Virus record (IMG/VR): IMGVR_UViG_3300037782_000006
Coordinates: 1 to 36,485 of that record
Strand: one strand, 5' to 3'
Length of the DNA stretch: 36,485 bases
Source: a virus
Taxonomy: Duplodnaviria; Caudoviricetes
Positions 8,401 through 17,058 of this stretch are shown here, piece after piece. The notes under the pieces were generated by a model. The model did not search any database, was not told the DNA's origin, and saw only the letters and a list, made by a program, of their open reading frames with translations. The position numbers were made by a program, and so were the translations under genes. Position 1 is the stretch's first letter; the number at the start of each line of letters is the position of its first letter.

Positions 8401-9012
8401 CTGAACTAGGTCCGCATCTGCCTGCGTTTGTGCCCCCGTGTAAACCTTCATCGCCATGTGCGCGTCGTACGGTGTGCCAGATGGCTGATAACGTGTGACG
8501 CCGTTGTCATCGGTTGGATCGTCGTTCGGGAGCACCTCGCCGTTGTCGACGTCTGTCAGCTCCGTGTAATTCAGGTTTGTGTTACCCAAATAAATTGCAT
8601 CGACGCTTTCGCATGGATGGCCAGCCAGCTCAATGACCATATGCAGGATCTGATTCTTTTTGGTCGTGTTGTTCGGTAATGTGTACCCTGTCGTTGCCTT
8701 TGCAAAAACAATGACCCCGCCTGTTTTGGTCTTTCCGTAGATTGTTCTGCTGGACGGCATTGGGTCCATCACATTTGAAAGCGATGACGGTGAACCTTCT
8801 CCGCCCATGTCGCCCATTGCAATCTTAGATGCCGCCGCTGATGCTGCCATGACCGCACCCGTTTTTAGTATAAACCCAGCAATGGCCGAGCTGCCAGCAG
8901 CATAGCCTGCAACGGTTGCGGATGAAGCCGTTACGCTAAGCGCTGCCGTTCCACCGAAAGCAGTTGCAGCACCTTGAACAAAACCGACGACAAACGGAAT
9001 TACCTGCGGCAT
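5452..9012 (-). CDS. Tail tip / host specificity protein (gpJ-like) with Fn3-like domains
   Basis: RTIYGKTKTGG, LAGHPCESVDAIY, GIPQFTFDV.G, TNPIKCLYDY, Fn3-like YDFRVRFRNAFG; MPQV start overlaps the upstream TAA. Confidence 0.85.
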   Translation of the reverse strand: MPQVIPFVVGFVQGAATAFGGTAALSVTASSATVAGYAAGSSAIAGFILKTGAVMAASAAASKIAMGDMGGEGSPSSLSNVMDPMPSSRTIYGKTKTGGVIVFAKATTGYTLPNNTTKKNQILHMVIELAGHPCESVDAIYLGNTNLNYTELTDVDNGEVLPNDDPTDDNGVTRYQPSGTPYDAHMAMKVYTGAQTQADADLVQATTIQNDADKWTTDHIGREKTYVYIRMHFKSELFRGIPQFTFDVTGKNTISFLGQSAGYTTNPIKCLYDYMTLSKERGGFGVDSSDIDSTAWQAAADRCDETVDVYADGTTQPRYFCGGIVSAGQEPHAIIKSLLDACAGVIEWVGGKWYVWAYNSSDISEAYTLTESELVDFPVWQLNQSAKDAVNSIKPVIRSSETAWQPSEVQSVEALRKIWGSTTGSTFNSTAHGLEVNDRVKFVYWDDTSNSIDNDQLPAGITEGRYYWVVSATTNAFSVSGSKGGSPITLGTNDDGLTALHDIYLSLDGERNSSEMVFTMVNDATMARRLAIINLRQARQEISGTLICKPGTEFACPADLFVGDTIRILNQELSFYEVVATKSGTVDATTNIFTLTNHGLNNGKAVTVSGAASATGLESNRIYYVRDATTVNVFRLCEYRGGPAIDIGSSDSSVTINEVEGKLFRVVSYRPILNDGLFTIELGVRATATNIYDWTDDREIEPETTPGITVQSLYDVGDVNNLTADSDTDQLYIQKDGTVITRVKLSWDETDDEYVAASGQVDIEYKLNSETEWIKYPKVIGSATEAYLTDVIDGERYDFRVRFRNAFGKEGEWATIDDHTVVGKEAAPNPPLNFTATYVDGADRIDLQWTTPADLDLSHTVIGRSVSLYQELWENYSGFEYDLFDNGISFPDGFSVRKTQFINPAYTYSKIKLFSFGAGDTLRVQFVYTRTSGSQSEDPTVYGVNGTQRCTEVAEFTTPTPNLNQGYSQFIDLTVKSSSGTDANGDYVAGPCNGFVFANAAGDTLNFTVVYFNARTYPSYQTIAEVPIGTNRGQAATQEWTEALVLKSDAARTHYYEIYSVDTSGNISTKLRDDVRVTEWGRVQELETDVSGFTVNITWSDSGSGGNVILQVIGPNISEIYRVPESKTNYFIGRLTGNSTYTVRAWLERFFGGFPAVSREVYTTFDIGSTPVPASEPDYFYIRPNT

Positions 9013-9467
9013 TACCCAACCCTCCAAGCTGTGACAGCCGTGACGCTGTCCTTCTTCATCTGTATCGGTCGCTCACCCATGACTAGATATGTTCGTCCGC
9101 AATCAACCATCAACGAATTGATAACGCCATTAGGACTGTTAAACAATCCAAGGACAACGTCGCCCTTGCTGGCCTCGTCTGGATGCAGGACTGGACCCAA
9201 TCGCTCCGTGCAGAACGCCTCAAACGCTCCAAACTCAGGCCCGTCGTACTTGATCATACCAATGGCCTTGTTCATTGCGTCAATCGCTCCGTCGCCGTCA
9301 TCATACGTTCCTCGAAGGTCGCTTGCTGGATCGTAGCCAGTCAACGCCTTGACGCAATCGGCGGCCATCAATCCGCAATCAAATTCACCCCAAACAAATG
9401 ACTGCTGTTGTGCCTCGGCCAGCCAGCGCTCGAAAAGTATTTCCCAGTTGTCAAAGCGTTTGTTCAT
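9012..9467 (-). CDS. Tail-associated NlpC/P60-like protein (DUF6950-like)
   Basis: FVWGEFDCGLMAADCVKALTG.DP...LRG.Y and GDVV motifs; position before the tail tip gene. Confidence 0.8.
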   Translation of the reverse strand: MNKRFDNWEILFERWLAEAQQQSFVWGEFDCGLMAADCVKALTGYDPASDLRGTYDDGDGAIDAMNKAIGMIKYDGPEFGAFEAFCTERLGPVLHPDEASKGDVVLGLFNSPNGVINSLMVDCGRTYLVMGERPIQMKKDSVTAVTAWRVG

Positions 9468-10081
9468 TATTCAATAACTCTCCCCCATCCAGGGCGCGTA
9501 CCTCCAGCATCAACTCCACCCGTACTTGAGCTCGCCGAAGTAAGCCCCCAAGGCAGTTCAGCAGTTGGCATAAATGGCACAAAATCATAGAATCGGTCCG
9601 TTGGGTAAATCCGTGAATGGCTGGCTGTGGTCATTGCGTAACGATTCGGACGGAATAGGTCAAGCAATCGGCTTTCAACGGTCAGGGTTAGCGTTCCGTC
9701 TGGATTGATTGACATCGTGTCCATCCTGCCCTCCTCAAGCAAATGAGACCTGTCAACGGTTCCGAATGCAGTCAAGGTGTTTAGATAAATTCGACAGGCT
9801 CGGCCTCGGTATTGGGTCGAAACAGCCGTTGTGTAATAGAGCCGATCTACGTTATTGACCGTGAATACGACCCGCCGCGCTTTCATGTCATTGTTTTCCT
9901 CCTCCATGCTAACGCCGCCGATCAGCCCGCCGCCTTGATATGTATTACCTCCGAAAGATATTGCACTTTCGCCAGTCCAAAAGCGCTCCGTGCCAGAATC
10001 AAAATCAAATTCAACAAACAGCCCCAAACGAACGACGGGCTGTTGCAAATCAATTCGCATGCCATTCGTCAGTCTGCCCAT
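9467..10081 (-). CDS. Minor tail protein (gpL-like hub)
   Basis: VEFDFDSGTERFWTG, TYQGGG, GRMDTM, VESRL, YPTDRFYDFV..M....LPWG. Confidence 0.75.
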   Translation of the reverse strand: MGRLTNGMRIDLQQPVVRLGLFVEFDFDSGTERFWTGESAISFGGNTYQGGGLIGGVSMEEENNDMKARRVVFTVNNVDRLYYTTAVSTQYRGRACRIYLNTLTAFGTVDRSHLLEEGRMDTMSINPDGTLTLTVESRLLDLFRPNRYAMTTASHSRIYPTDRFYDFVPFMPTAELPWGLTSASSSTGGVDAGGTRPGWGRVIE

Positions 10082-10437
10082 TATTTCGCCTCAATTGCAA
10101 CGAAACTGAATCCGTATGTCATCGCCGTGTTGATGTCGTAGTCAAAGTCAGATGAAGCCAAGCGCATGGATACGCTGCCGGGCGATGAGTTTGGGAAATA
10201 GTCGTCTAAATCAACGCTGAATGTATTAGTCACACCGTCGCAACTTTCAAGAAATGCTTCCATTATTGCGGCATCTGATTGGCTCAGTGGCGGATATTGA
10301 AACTCAACAACTCGCAAGCGTCCTACGAAGTCGTGAACCTGTTGCGTGAAATTAAACGGTGACATGGCCATCCGCGAGGAAGTCCTGCGAATTGCCCGCA
10401 CGCTGCTTGGAGTCAATGTTGTTGGAAAGTCTGCCAT
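10081..10437 (-). CDS. Distal tail protein-like
   Basis: SPFNFTQQV, PPL....A..MEAFL...DG; directly after the tape measure gene. Confidence 0.7.
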   Translation of the reverse strand: MADFPTTLTPSSVRAIRRTSSRMAMSPFNFTQQVHDFVGRLRVVEFQYPPLSQSDAAIMEAFLESCDGVTNTFSVDLDDYFPNSSPGSVSMRLASSDFDYDINTAMTYGFSFVAIEAK

Positions 10438-10438
10438 A

Positions 10439-12259
10439 TTAACGCCTCATGTAGCTAGGTGCGCGTGAGTAACGGTCTTGAACAGCTGCGACGCTGCGTT
10501 GCTCAATGCTTCCGTTTACCTGCATTACAAATTGCTCTAAGCGCTGTACGGCCTCAAGACTGGCTCCGCGCATATCGACGTTGAAAGTTGGTCCGCCTAG
10601 CTGATGGTTTGGAGTGACAAAACCATTGCCACCCATGGTTACGATCTCAGGACCACGCTCTCCGACAATGTAACTGCGTCCGCCTTTAACAGGTCCGCCG
10701 CCCGCTGCGGTGCCTGCAACTGGAGGCGGTGCAAAGTTTGCTGCGAATCCAGTAAAGCCTAAACCAGTAAACGCTTGAAATAGCATCGCACGGATCAGCA
10801 TCCGTTGCAGTTCGGCAAGGATAAACTGAGCCATATCACCGAAAGCTGTTTTGCCGTTTTGCGCTGCGTTTACAAGTCCGTTCTCGAGGCCAGTTGCGAA
10901 AATCTGTGACGCTTGGGTCATCATTGTGAAGTTTTGCGTAGCATTGTCCTTAAGTTCTTCGAGTGTGCTTTCAAGTTCTTCCTCGGCTCCTTTGGCGAGT
11001 CTTAATAACCTGATATACTCATCAGTTACCCCATTGACTGCTTTTACTGCTTCGGCTCGGTCCATATAGGCCGATGACAATTCCTTGAGGCTCTTTGCGT
11101 ATTGGTATGTCTGTCCAAGCAGTTTTTGCATTTCAGCCGTGCGTGACATTTGGCCCAAATCCGCAGGCGGTTCAGCGATGACAGGCATCTCTGGCAACAT
11201 ATTCGGTAGTGTACCCCTGACTCTATCTGCGGTCTGCAATAACTCCTCAAGCCGTTCAATGATTGGCTTAATTACATTAAGCTGATATTTTTCGCTTTCG
11301 TATGCTATATCTGGAAAAAGTTTTCTGACCTTATCCATTTCAGCCGAATCAATCATACTAAAGACGTTGCCCTCGTCGCGTGCCTTCTTGAGTGAATCCG
11401 TTACGCTCAATAGCGTGCTGGCCGTTTCTTTGATCTGGCTTTCAACTGCCTCTAATTCCTTAACGCTTTCGGCTGACTTTAGCGCATTTGAGAAATTCCT
11501 TACTAAGTCAAATGAATCCTCATTAAATGCCCCTGTCATCTCATTGCGTAGCTTGCGTAATCCGCCAACGAGTTTGCCCATCTGAATGGTCGCTGAAGTT
11601 GCAAATCTTTCTAGTTCGTTTTCCGCTAGTGCCAATTGAGAAATTGTGTCCTGATCTAAAACCTGACCCAATTCCCTAGCTCTGTCTGCATAGTCTCGGA
11701 GTCCCCTCTCTCCGTTTGATAGGATACTAACCAAGGCAGCACCTTCAGAATCAAATGCCTTGAAAGCCATCCGCAATCGTTCTTGCGGTGATTGTGCTGC
11801 TTTGACTGCATTCGCATAGTCCATCAAAACGGCCTCGGCGCTTCTGGTTGTTCCGTCTGATTCTTTAAGTGCGATATTATATTGATTGAGAACTGGCAGC
11901 AATTCGCCTGTTCCGTTTTGAGCCTCAGCAACCCGACGAGTAAATCGTTGCAATCCCATCTCGGCGGATTCTGTATTTACCCCGACCTCACGCGCTGCAA
12001 ATCCAAATTCCTGCAAGAAGTCAGTCGTTACGCCTAGCTTTTTGGATACGTCGTCAAGGCGTGATCCAAGGTCAATTGACCTTTTTGCAAGCATCGTAAA
12101 GCCTGCAGCACCTGCAACCGATCCGAAACCAGTCAGTCCTCCGAGTACGGTTCTAGTCGTCGCAGCAAAACCCTTTAGATTTCGTTCAACACGCTTAATC
12201 GTACGCGTCGCCTTGTCCTGCGCCGTGATCGGAATCTCAACTCTACTTGTGCGTGCCAT
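10439..12259 (-). CDS. Tail tape measure protein
   Basis: ITAQDKAT N-terminus, helical Ala/Leu-rich body, C-terminal AGGGPV..GRSYIVGERGPE. Confidence 0.92.
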   Translation of the reverse strand: MARTSRVEIPITAQDKATRTIKRVERNLKGFAATTRTVLGGLTGFGSVAGAAGFTMLAKRSIDLGSRLDDVSKKLGVTTDFLQEFGFAAREVGVNTESAEMGLQRFTRRVAEAQNGTGELLPVLNQYNIALKESDGTTRSAEAVLMDYANAVKAAQSPQERLRMAFKAFDSEGAALVSILSNGERGLRDYADRARELGQVLDQDTISQLALAENELERFATSATIQMGKLVGGLRKLRNEMTGAFNEDSFDLVRNFSNALKSAESVKELEAVESQIKETASTLLSVTDSLKKARDEGNVFSMIDSAEMDKVRKLFPDIAYESEKYQLNVIKPIIERLEELLQTADRVRGTLPNMLPEMPVIAEPPADLGQMSRTAEMQKLLGQTYQYAKSLKELSSAYMDRAEAVKAVNGVTDEYIRLLRLAKGAEEELESTLEELKDNATQNFTMMTQASQIFATGLENGLVNAAQNGKTAFGDMAQFILAELQRMLIRAMLFQAFTGLGFTGFAANFAPPPVAGTAAGGGPVKGGRSYIVGERGPEIVTMGGNGFVTPNHQLGGPTFNVDMRGASLEAVQRLEQFVMQVNGSIEQRSVAAVQDRYSRAPSYMRR

Positions 12260-12419
12260 GCTTCTCTTTTAACTTTTTATCGCGTCGCTCGAAATAGTCA
12301 AACCAGCCCTGAAGCTCCACGGTTGTCATATCGCGCATGAGGTTGCCTACGGTCATGCTGAGCATTTCGGCCAGCGCGTGGAGGTTGTAGGCCATGTTGT
12401 CCCCATCGCGGATCACTCC
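12243..12419 (-). CDS. Tail assembly chaperone frameshift extension (gpT-like)
   Basis: -1 frame after GGGGGAG reads ...HALAEMLSMTVGNLMRDMTTVELQGWFDYF...; typical gpT-like LA..L..TV......E...W..Y. Confidence 0.75.
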   Translation of the reverse strand, partial: GVIRDGDNMAYNLHALAEMLSMTVGNLMRDMTTVELQGWFDYFERRDKKLKEKHGTHK

Positions 12420-12745
12420 CCCACTTCGTCAACCGTAACCCCGTGCAGGATGCTGTTGGCAAGTCGGTCGAGGACTCGGTAATCCGCATTGCGTTTGAGC
12501 TTCATCTTGTCCTCAAGCGTGAATAGCTTGTTGCCGTCTGCATCCTCGGCCTTCATGCAGATGACGCTAACGACAAAATCCAAGCTCTCCTTTTTGAGTT
12601 CGGGCATGAGCTTGTTGCGCTCGTACAACGTAACAGGCGAGTAATATATGATTCCGTCAAACTCGTCATCTGCCCATTCGGGGACTTCGACTTTTAGTCG
12701 GCCTTGGTTGTCGTAGTGACTTAGTACCTTATCAATGAGCTTCAT
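12413..12745 (-). CDS. Tail assembly chaperone (gpG-like)
   Basis: VEVPEW and DADGNKLFT motifs; between tail tube and tape measure genes. Confidence 0.85.
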   Translation of the reverse strand: MKLIDKVLSHYDNQGRLKVEVPEWADDEFDGIIYYSPVTLYERNKLMPELKKESLDFVVSVICMKAEDADGNKLFTLEDKMKLKRNADYRVLDRLANSILHGVTVDEVGE

Positions 12746-12747
12746 AA

Positions 12748-13143
12748 TTAAACTGTGGCTTGGTTAAGCGCTCCGCTGCCTTGGAATGTAAAGGTGCGCG
12801 TGACGGTCGTATTGTCATAGCTTTGAGTCTGGCTGACTCCTGTCACGGATGCCGTGCCGCTGAGCTTGTAATCGCCGCTACCGTCGCCCTCTGGATATAA
12901 TTCCAGCGTGACCGATACGCCAATATCTAAAGCATCTTGACCTGAATCGGCATCGTCAAAACGGACTTCAATCGTTCCATCCCAAGTCTTAAGGCCAGCC
13001 AAATGCGTGCGCCATGAGCCCGCCGTACCCATAACCGTCGTATCAATCGGTTCCATGTTTTGATTGACGGTGAAGCTCATTACTTCTCCGACCGTATTGT
13101 TTCCCACTTTTACCTTTCCATCGTATCCACTTGTTGATGCCAT
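12748..13143 (-). CDS. Major tail tube protein
   Basis: SGYDGKVKVG, IDTTVMG..WRTHLAGLKTWDGTIE, LELYPEG, FTFQGSGAL. Confidence 0.85.
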   Translation of the reverse strand: MASTSGYDGKVKVGNNTVGEVMSFTVNQNMEPIDTTVMGTAGSWRTHLAGLKTWDGTIEVRFDDADSGQDALDIGVSVTLELYPEGDGSGDYKLSGTASVTGVSQTQSYDNTTVTRTFTFQGSGALNQATV

Positions 13144-13154
13144 TGTCTTATCTC

Positions 13155-13799
13155 CTATGCGTATGTTAAGCTTCGTGGACCGTCCCCCGTGATGGTGATG
13201 GTCCTGTTGATTGTTGAATTGTCAAAAGTCTGAGTTTGGCTAACTGCCGTAATTTTGCCAAATCCAACGGTAGCGGCGTTGTCAGTTTCGGCTTGATCGC
13301 TCGTTACTAAAACTGCAAAAATCTGTGTTCCAATTGGTATCTCCTGTTCAACGTCAGTGTCGTCCCATCGACATTCAATTGTTGCCGTCCAGTTTTTTAG
13401 TCCAGCTTTGTGCGTCCGCCATGCACTGCCCATTACGGTCGTGTCAATGGTTTCCATCTGTGTGTCAATTGTAAATGACATGACTTCAGCCATGCGACCA
13501 GCCGCTGCAGAATAAGCCATTGAAACACTTTGCGCAATAGCTCCAGAGTCGTCGCCCTCCTGTGCAAACGTAATTGTGTTTGTTGTCACGGCTGTGATCG
13601 TAAATTCTCCGTTTGGATTCGTGTTTGATCCAGTATCAAGCCCTTGAATTCCTACGACCGTAATAAAGTCATCAACTTCAATATCGTGTGATGTGCTCGT
13701 CGTTAAAACAACCTCATCGGATACTCGCTCAGCGCTTGTAACAGTGTATGCGCCATACCCTAAATGTACCACTCCATCGTTTCCGCTATAACTTGCCAT
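13155..13799 (-). CDS. Second tail tube paralog with inserted beta-domain
   Basis: Shares EVMSFT..Q.E.IDTTVMG..WRTH.AGLK.W..TIE.R.DD.D and VSQTQ..DN.T..RT with the neighbour, plus an insert of roughly 85 aa. Confidence 0.8.
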   Translation of the reverse strand: MASYSGNDGVVHLGYGAYTVTSAERVSDEVVLTTSTSHDIEVDDFITVVGIQGLDTGSNTNPNGEFTITAVTTNTITFAQEGDDSGAIAQSVSMAYSAAAGRMAEVMSFTIDTQMETIDTTVMGSAWRTHKAGLKNWTATIECRWDDTDVEQEIPIGTQIFAVLVTSDQAETDNAATVGFGKITAVSQTQTFDNSTINRTITITGDGPRSLTYA

Positions 13800-13802
13800 C
13801 GT

Positions 13803-14222
13803 CTAATCTCCCAATTCTGTTACGTGCTCACTCATGAGCGTTAAAGTTCCGCGTCCGTATTCGGCATCGGCCTCGGATGAAAATTGATATTCCAAGTTAA
13901 CAACCTTTAGCTCCTGCACGTTGCCCGAAAGCGTTCTGTCCATGATAGCTGCCATTACTTGCTCTGTCAATGTGTCCAGTTGCGTTTGGCTGCCTGCGTA
14001 AATGTTGATTGCCCAGTTGCAGGTGATGCGTACTGACCTCGGACTGCCTATTGTCTCGTATTCAAAGTCAGATGACAGAAAGCTAATGACGCAGAACGGT
14101 AAGCTGCCAGATGCGATCGAATCGCCTTCAAACTTGGCGCTGTCCGTGTTCGAGCTTGTGAAGCTGGCCGTGGACGTGACCAGATCGAAAAGCTCGCTGC
14201 GTATGGTGGCGGTGTTAAGCAT
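13803..14222 (-). CDS. Tail terminator/completion protein
   Basis: Start trimmed to MLNTATIRS; LPFCVI and LDTLTEQVMAAI; position before the tail tube genes. Confidence 0.65.
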   Translation of the reverse strand: MLNTATIRSELFDLVTSTASFTSSNTDSAKFEGDSIASGSLPFCVISFLSSDFEYETIGSPRSVRITCNWAINIYAGSQTQLDTLTEQVMAAIMDRTLSGNVQELKVVNLEYQFSSEADAEYGRGTLTLMSEHVTELGD

Positions 14223-14658
14223 TTGGTTTAGTGGGCCAAGTATATTCCCCAGTTTCTGTATCAACTGTTTCTGGTAGGTCACGCAGTTCCTGACGGTAGA
14301 CTGCCCATGCTGCCGAGTCCACAGGTGCATCTGATAACTGGCTAAAATCTGATTCTGCCAGCAGTTCGTTGCGCTTTGCTCGCAGTGCGGTTAGAACGGC
14401 TTGTAGGTCCAGCGGTGGAGTCCAGACCTTAGCAGCTTCAACGTCATCCTCGGTAAAGGTTACGCTGCCCTCGATTGGTTCGCCCTCTGGGTCGTCGTTT
14501 GGTGTGGTGTAGCTTACCGTCAGCGTTTCGGGGTCAAAGCCGAGAAACGTGGCATCCGCTGGAAATGTGCCGTCGGGATGTGGAGTTGCGTACATTCCAC
14601 CTTTGCCCTGTTTGCGGAAGTGGTAGCCTTGGAGATTGATGGTGCTAAGAATCTTCAT
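14215..14658 (-). CDS. Tail fibre assembly chaperone-like protein
   Basis: C-terminal LRAKRNELLAESDFSQLSDAP...WAVYRQELRDLP...WPTKP. Confidence 0.8.
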   Translation of the reverse strand: MKILSTINLQGYHFRKQGKGGMYATPHPDGTFPADATFLGFDPETLTVSYTTPNDDPEGEPIEGSVTFTEDDVEAAKVWTPPLDLQAVLTALRAKRNELLAESDFSQLSDAPVDSAAWAVYRQELRDLPETVDTETGEYTWPTKPNA

Positions 14659-14660
14659 TT

Positions 14661-17057
14661 TTAAATCTGTTTGTAGTCAGCACGGACATTAAGACTTGAA
14701 GGATCTGGAGTTGAATCAGTTACTTTCAAAAATAACCTATCTCTTGTTGAGGAATAAGTGACATTGCTCGGCGTTGCTGGTAGTAACTTCCATCCTGTGC
14801 TTGTTACTCCGCTAGGTGATGATATTAAAATATTCGATCCAGTAGTTCCATCATTTACATAAAATCCAGATCCACTAAAATTTGTCCCTCCTATGTTGTC
14901 TTCAATAACAAAAGCGCTCCAGATTGCATTGTCTGGAAGCATTTGCTGAGCAGACGTAACAATAAAAGCACCAGTTCCCCCGTTGTACGCATCCACGTTA
15001 AAGTCACGGATGTAGCCCTCCGTTTTCGGAACCAAATGCGTGACGCCGCTTGTGCTGGCCAGCGCATCGAAATGGTTGCTGCTGCGGTCGTGGAATTGGT
15101 AGCCGATGCCCTCATCCAATGGTAGGTCGGCTATGGCTCCGATAATCTCAGCCTTAAAGTTTCGGATTTCTATATTGCCAGATGTCATATTGGCAAAAAG
15201 GCCAGGATATATGTATGATGTGTTTAATGAACTATCTAAAGTTGTTTCTATTGTATAATTAGTCCAGTTTGCGCTTGTAGTCCCTAAAGTCTCGAATCCT
15301 AAACCAGCACCAGTACCATTTCCAGCAAAAGCTGTAACAATAACATCGCTTGCTGTTCCGTTTTTAATATCTACGCTAAAACGAACTTTTTGATTGGCTT
15401 TTAATTCAATCGGCGATGCTGTATAGTGAAGCTGTTGTGTTGACGTTGTGTATGTCCAAACATATTTATCTGTATCAAATGCAATAGTTGAATCAACTGT
15501 AAACCAGTCCGATGTATTGTCGGCTGACATATCGTCTTCGGCTGGCGTAGGATTCCCCCACCGATCTTCCACAGCAACCGTGCCGCTCTCGTACAGCTCG
15601 GCAACCTCGGCGGCGGATAAGGCTCGGTTGAAGTGACGGAAATTCTTAAATGCTGAATTCGCTCCTAATGCGCTACTTGAACCGTTTCCAAGATAAAATG
15701 AATTTCCAGAAGTTATTTGGGAAAGATTTATGGATGAAACGTTCTGCACTCCATAAAGTTTATTATCTAAGTAAAGAGTTAGCGTTTGGGCAGCGGTATC
15801 AGATACTAATGCTACAGAATGCCAAGATCCGAATAAATCGTTGGCTGTTGAAAGCGTTCCACCATAAATTGCATTGGTTGAACTATCTCTAAACCAAAAA
15901 GTAAATTGATTTAATACATTAAAAACAATCGCAACACTTTGGCTCCCAGTTCCATTTATCAATAAAAAGGAATTTGTGCCAGATGTTGGCATGGTTATCA
16001 ATTTAAAATCAAAAGAAAATGAAAAATCTTGAGTTGGTTCAAAATTAGAATCCTTCAAAATTTCAATTTTCCCAAGGTTCCCATCTGTAATACCCGCACC
16101 CGCTACGGCCTTCGTCACAACCTTGGCATCAACCTCGGCATCGCTGTATACCTCTAGGTTCGTTCGTGCCGCCGCTGCCGTACTTGCTCCCGTGCCGCCA
16201 TCAGCAATAGCCAAGTCCGTAATGCCCGTAACGCTGCCGCCCGTAATCGTGACCGAGTTGGCATTCTGACTGGCAATGGTCCCGGCATCGGAAATAGTCG
16301 AAAGCGTTTGCGTGCCTGTGTGATTGGCTCGGTTACGGTCGGCGCTGTGGTAATGAAGCGTTGAGTCGCCGCCGTCTGTCAGATCCGTTGCGTTTGTGTC
16401 CGATATATTATTGACCTCGGCACCCGCCTCGATGCCGCTCAGCTTGGACGTATTTGCAGCAACGTCAGTGTTGTTGCTTACCTCTGTGTCAAAGTCAGTA
16501 ATTTCCGATACCGTGTGCGTATGGCTGGTCGGCGTGCGTGCATCCGTCAAGCGTGAGTCATTACCAAGGACAACTTCACCAGCAGCAGCATCGCCAGCAG
16601 CAGGGACATCCTTAGTCGCTGCCGTGCCAGCATCGGATATGGTTGATAAGGTCTGCGTCCCAGTATGGTTTGCCCGTGACCGATCAGCTGAATGGTAATG
16701 CAGCGTACTGTCACCGCCATCAGTCAAATCCGTTGCGTTTGTGTCGCTGATGTTATTGACTTCAGCGCCTGCCTCGATGCCTGCAAGTTTGGACGTGTTC
16801 GCAGCTACGGTCGAGTTATTGGCAACCTCAGTGTCAAAGTCAGTTACTTCTGATGCTGTATGGGTGTGACTAGTCGGCGTCCGCGCATCGGTCAACCTGG
16901 TATCGTCGCCCTTTACAACTTCACCAGCAGCAGCATCACCCGTCGCAGCAACGTCCTTAGTCGCTGCCGTGCCTAGGTCCATGTTCGTCCGCATGGCTGG
17001 CTTGTCAGCCGATTGCATGAATGTGTCTAAGTCACTTGATACTGTAAAGTCTGCCAT
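14661..17057 (-). CDS. Fibre/spike protein with His-repeat shaft, LamG-like and carbohydrate-binding-like domains
   Basis: SHTH, RANHTGTQ, DLAIADGGTGAS fibre motifs; WHSVA..LYLD..FNRALSAAEVAELY LamG signature; followed by a fibre chaperone. Confidence 0.8.
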   Translation of the reverse strand: MADFTVSSDLDTFMQSADKPAMRTNMDLGTAATKDVAATGDAAAGEVVKGDDTRLTDARTPTSHTHTASEVTDFDTEVANNSTVAANTSKLAGIEAGAEVNNISDTNATDLTDGGDSTLHYHSADRSRANHTGTQTLSTISDAGTAATKDVPAAGDAAAGEVVLGNDSRLTDARTPTSHTHTVSEITDFDTEVSNNTDVAANTSKLSGIEAGAEVNNISDTNATDLTDGGDSTLHYHSADRNRANHTGTQTLSTISDAGTIASQNANSVTITGGSVTGITDLAIADGGTGASTAAAARTNLEVYSDAEVDAKVVTKAVAGAGITDGNLGKIEILKDSNFEPTQDFSFSFDFKLITMPTSGTNSFLLINGTGSQSVAIVFNVLNQFTFWFRDSSTNAIYGGTLSTANDLFGSWHSVALVSDTAAQTLTLYLDNKLYGVQNVSSINLSQITSGNSFYLGNGSSSALGANSAFKNFRHFNRALSAAEVAELYESGTVAVEDRWGNPTPAEDDMSADNTSDWFTVDSTIAFDTDKYVWTYTTSTQQLHYTASPIELKANQKVRFSVDIKNGTASDVIVTAFAGNGTGAGLGFETLGTTSANWTNYTIETTLDSSLNTSYIYPGLFANMTSGNIEIRNFKAEIIGAIADLPLDEGIGYQFHDRSSNHFDALASTSGVTHLVPKTEGYIRDFNVDAYNGGTGAFIVTSAQQMLPDNAIWSAFVIEDNIGGTNFSGSGFYVNDGTTGSNILISSPSGVTSTGWKLLPATPSNVTYSSTRDRLFLKVTDSTPDPSSLNVRADYKQI
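16284..16973 (-). repeat. Tandem duplication of 345 bp (115 aa) within the fibre gene
   Basis: CTTAGTCGCTGCCGTGCC at 16611 and 16956; two near-identical GTAATKDV...RANHTGTQTLSTISDA blocks. Confidence 0.9.
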
Positions 17058-17058
17058 T

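Noticed and set aside
14661-17057. Diversity-generating retroelement acting on the fibre gene
   Set aside because: No reverse transcriptase is present, and the duplication differs mainly at synonymous sites rather than at adenines
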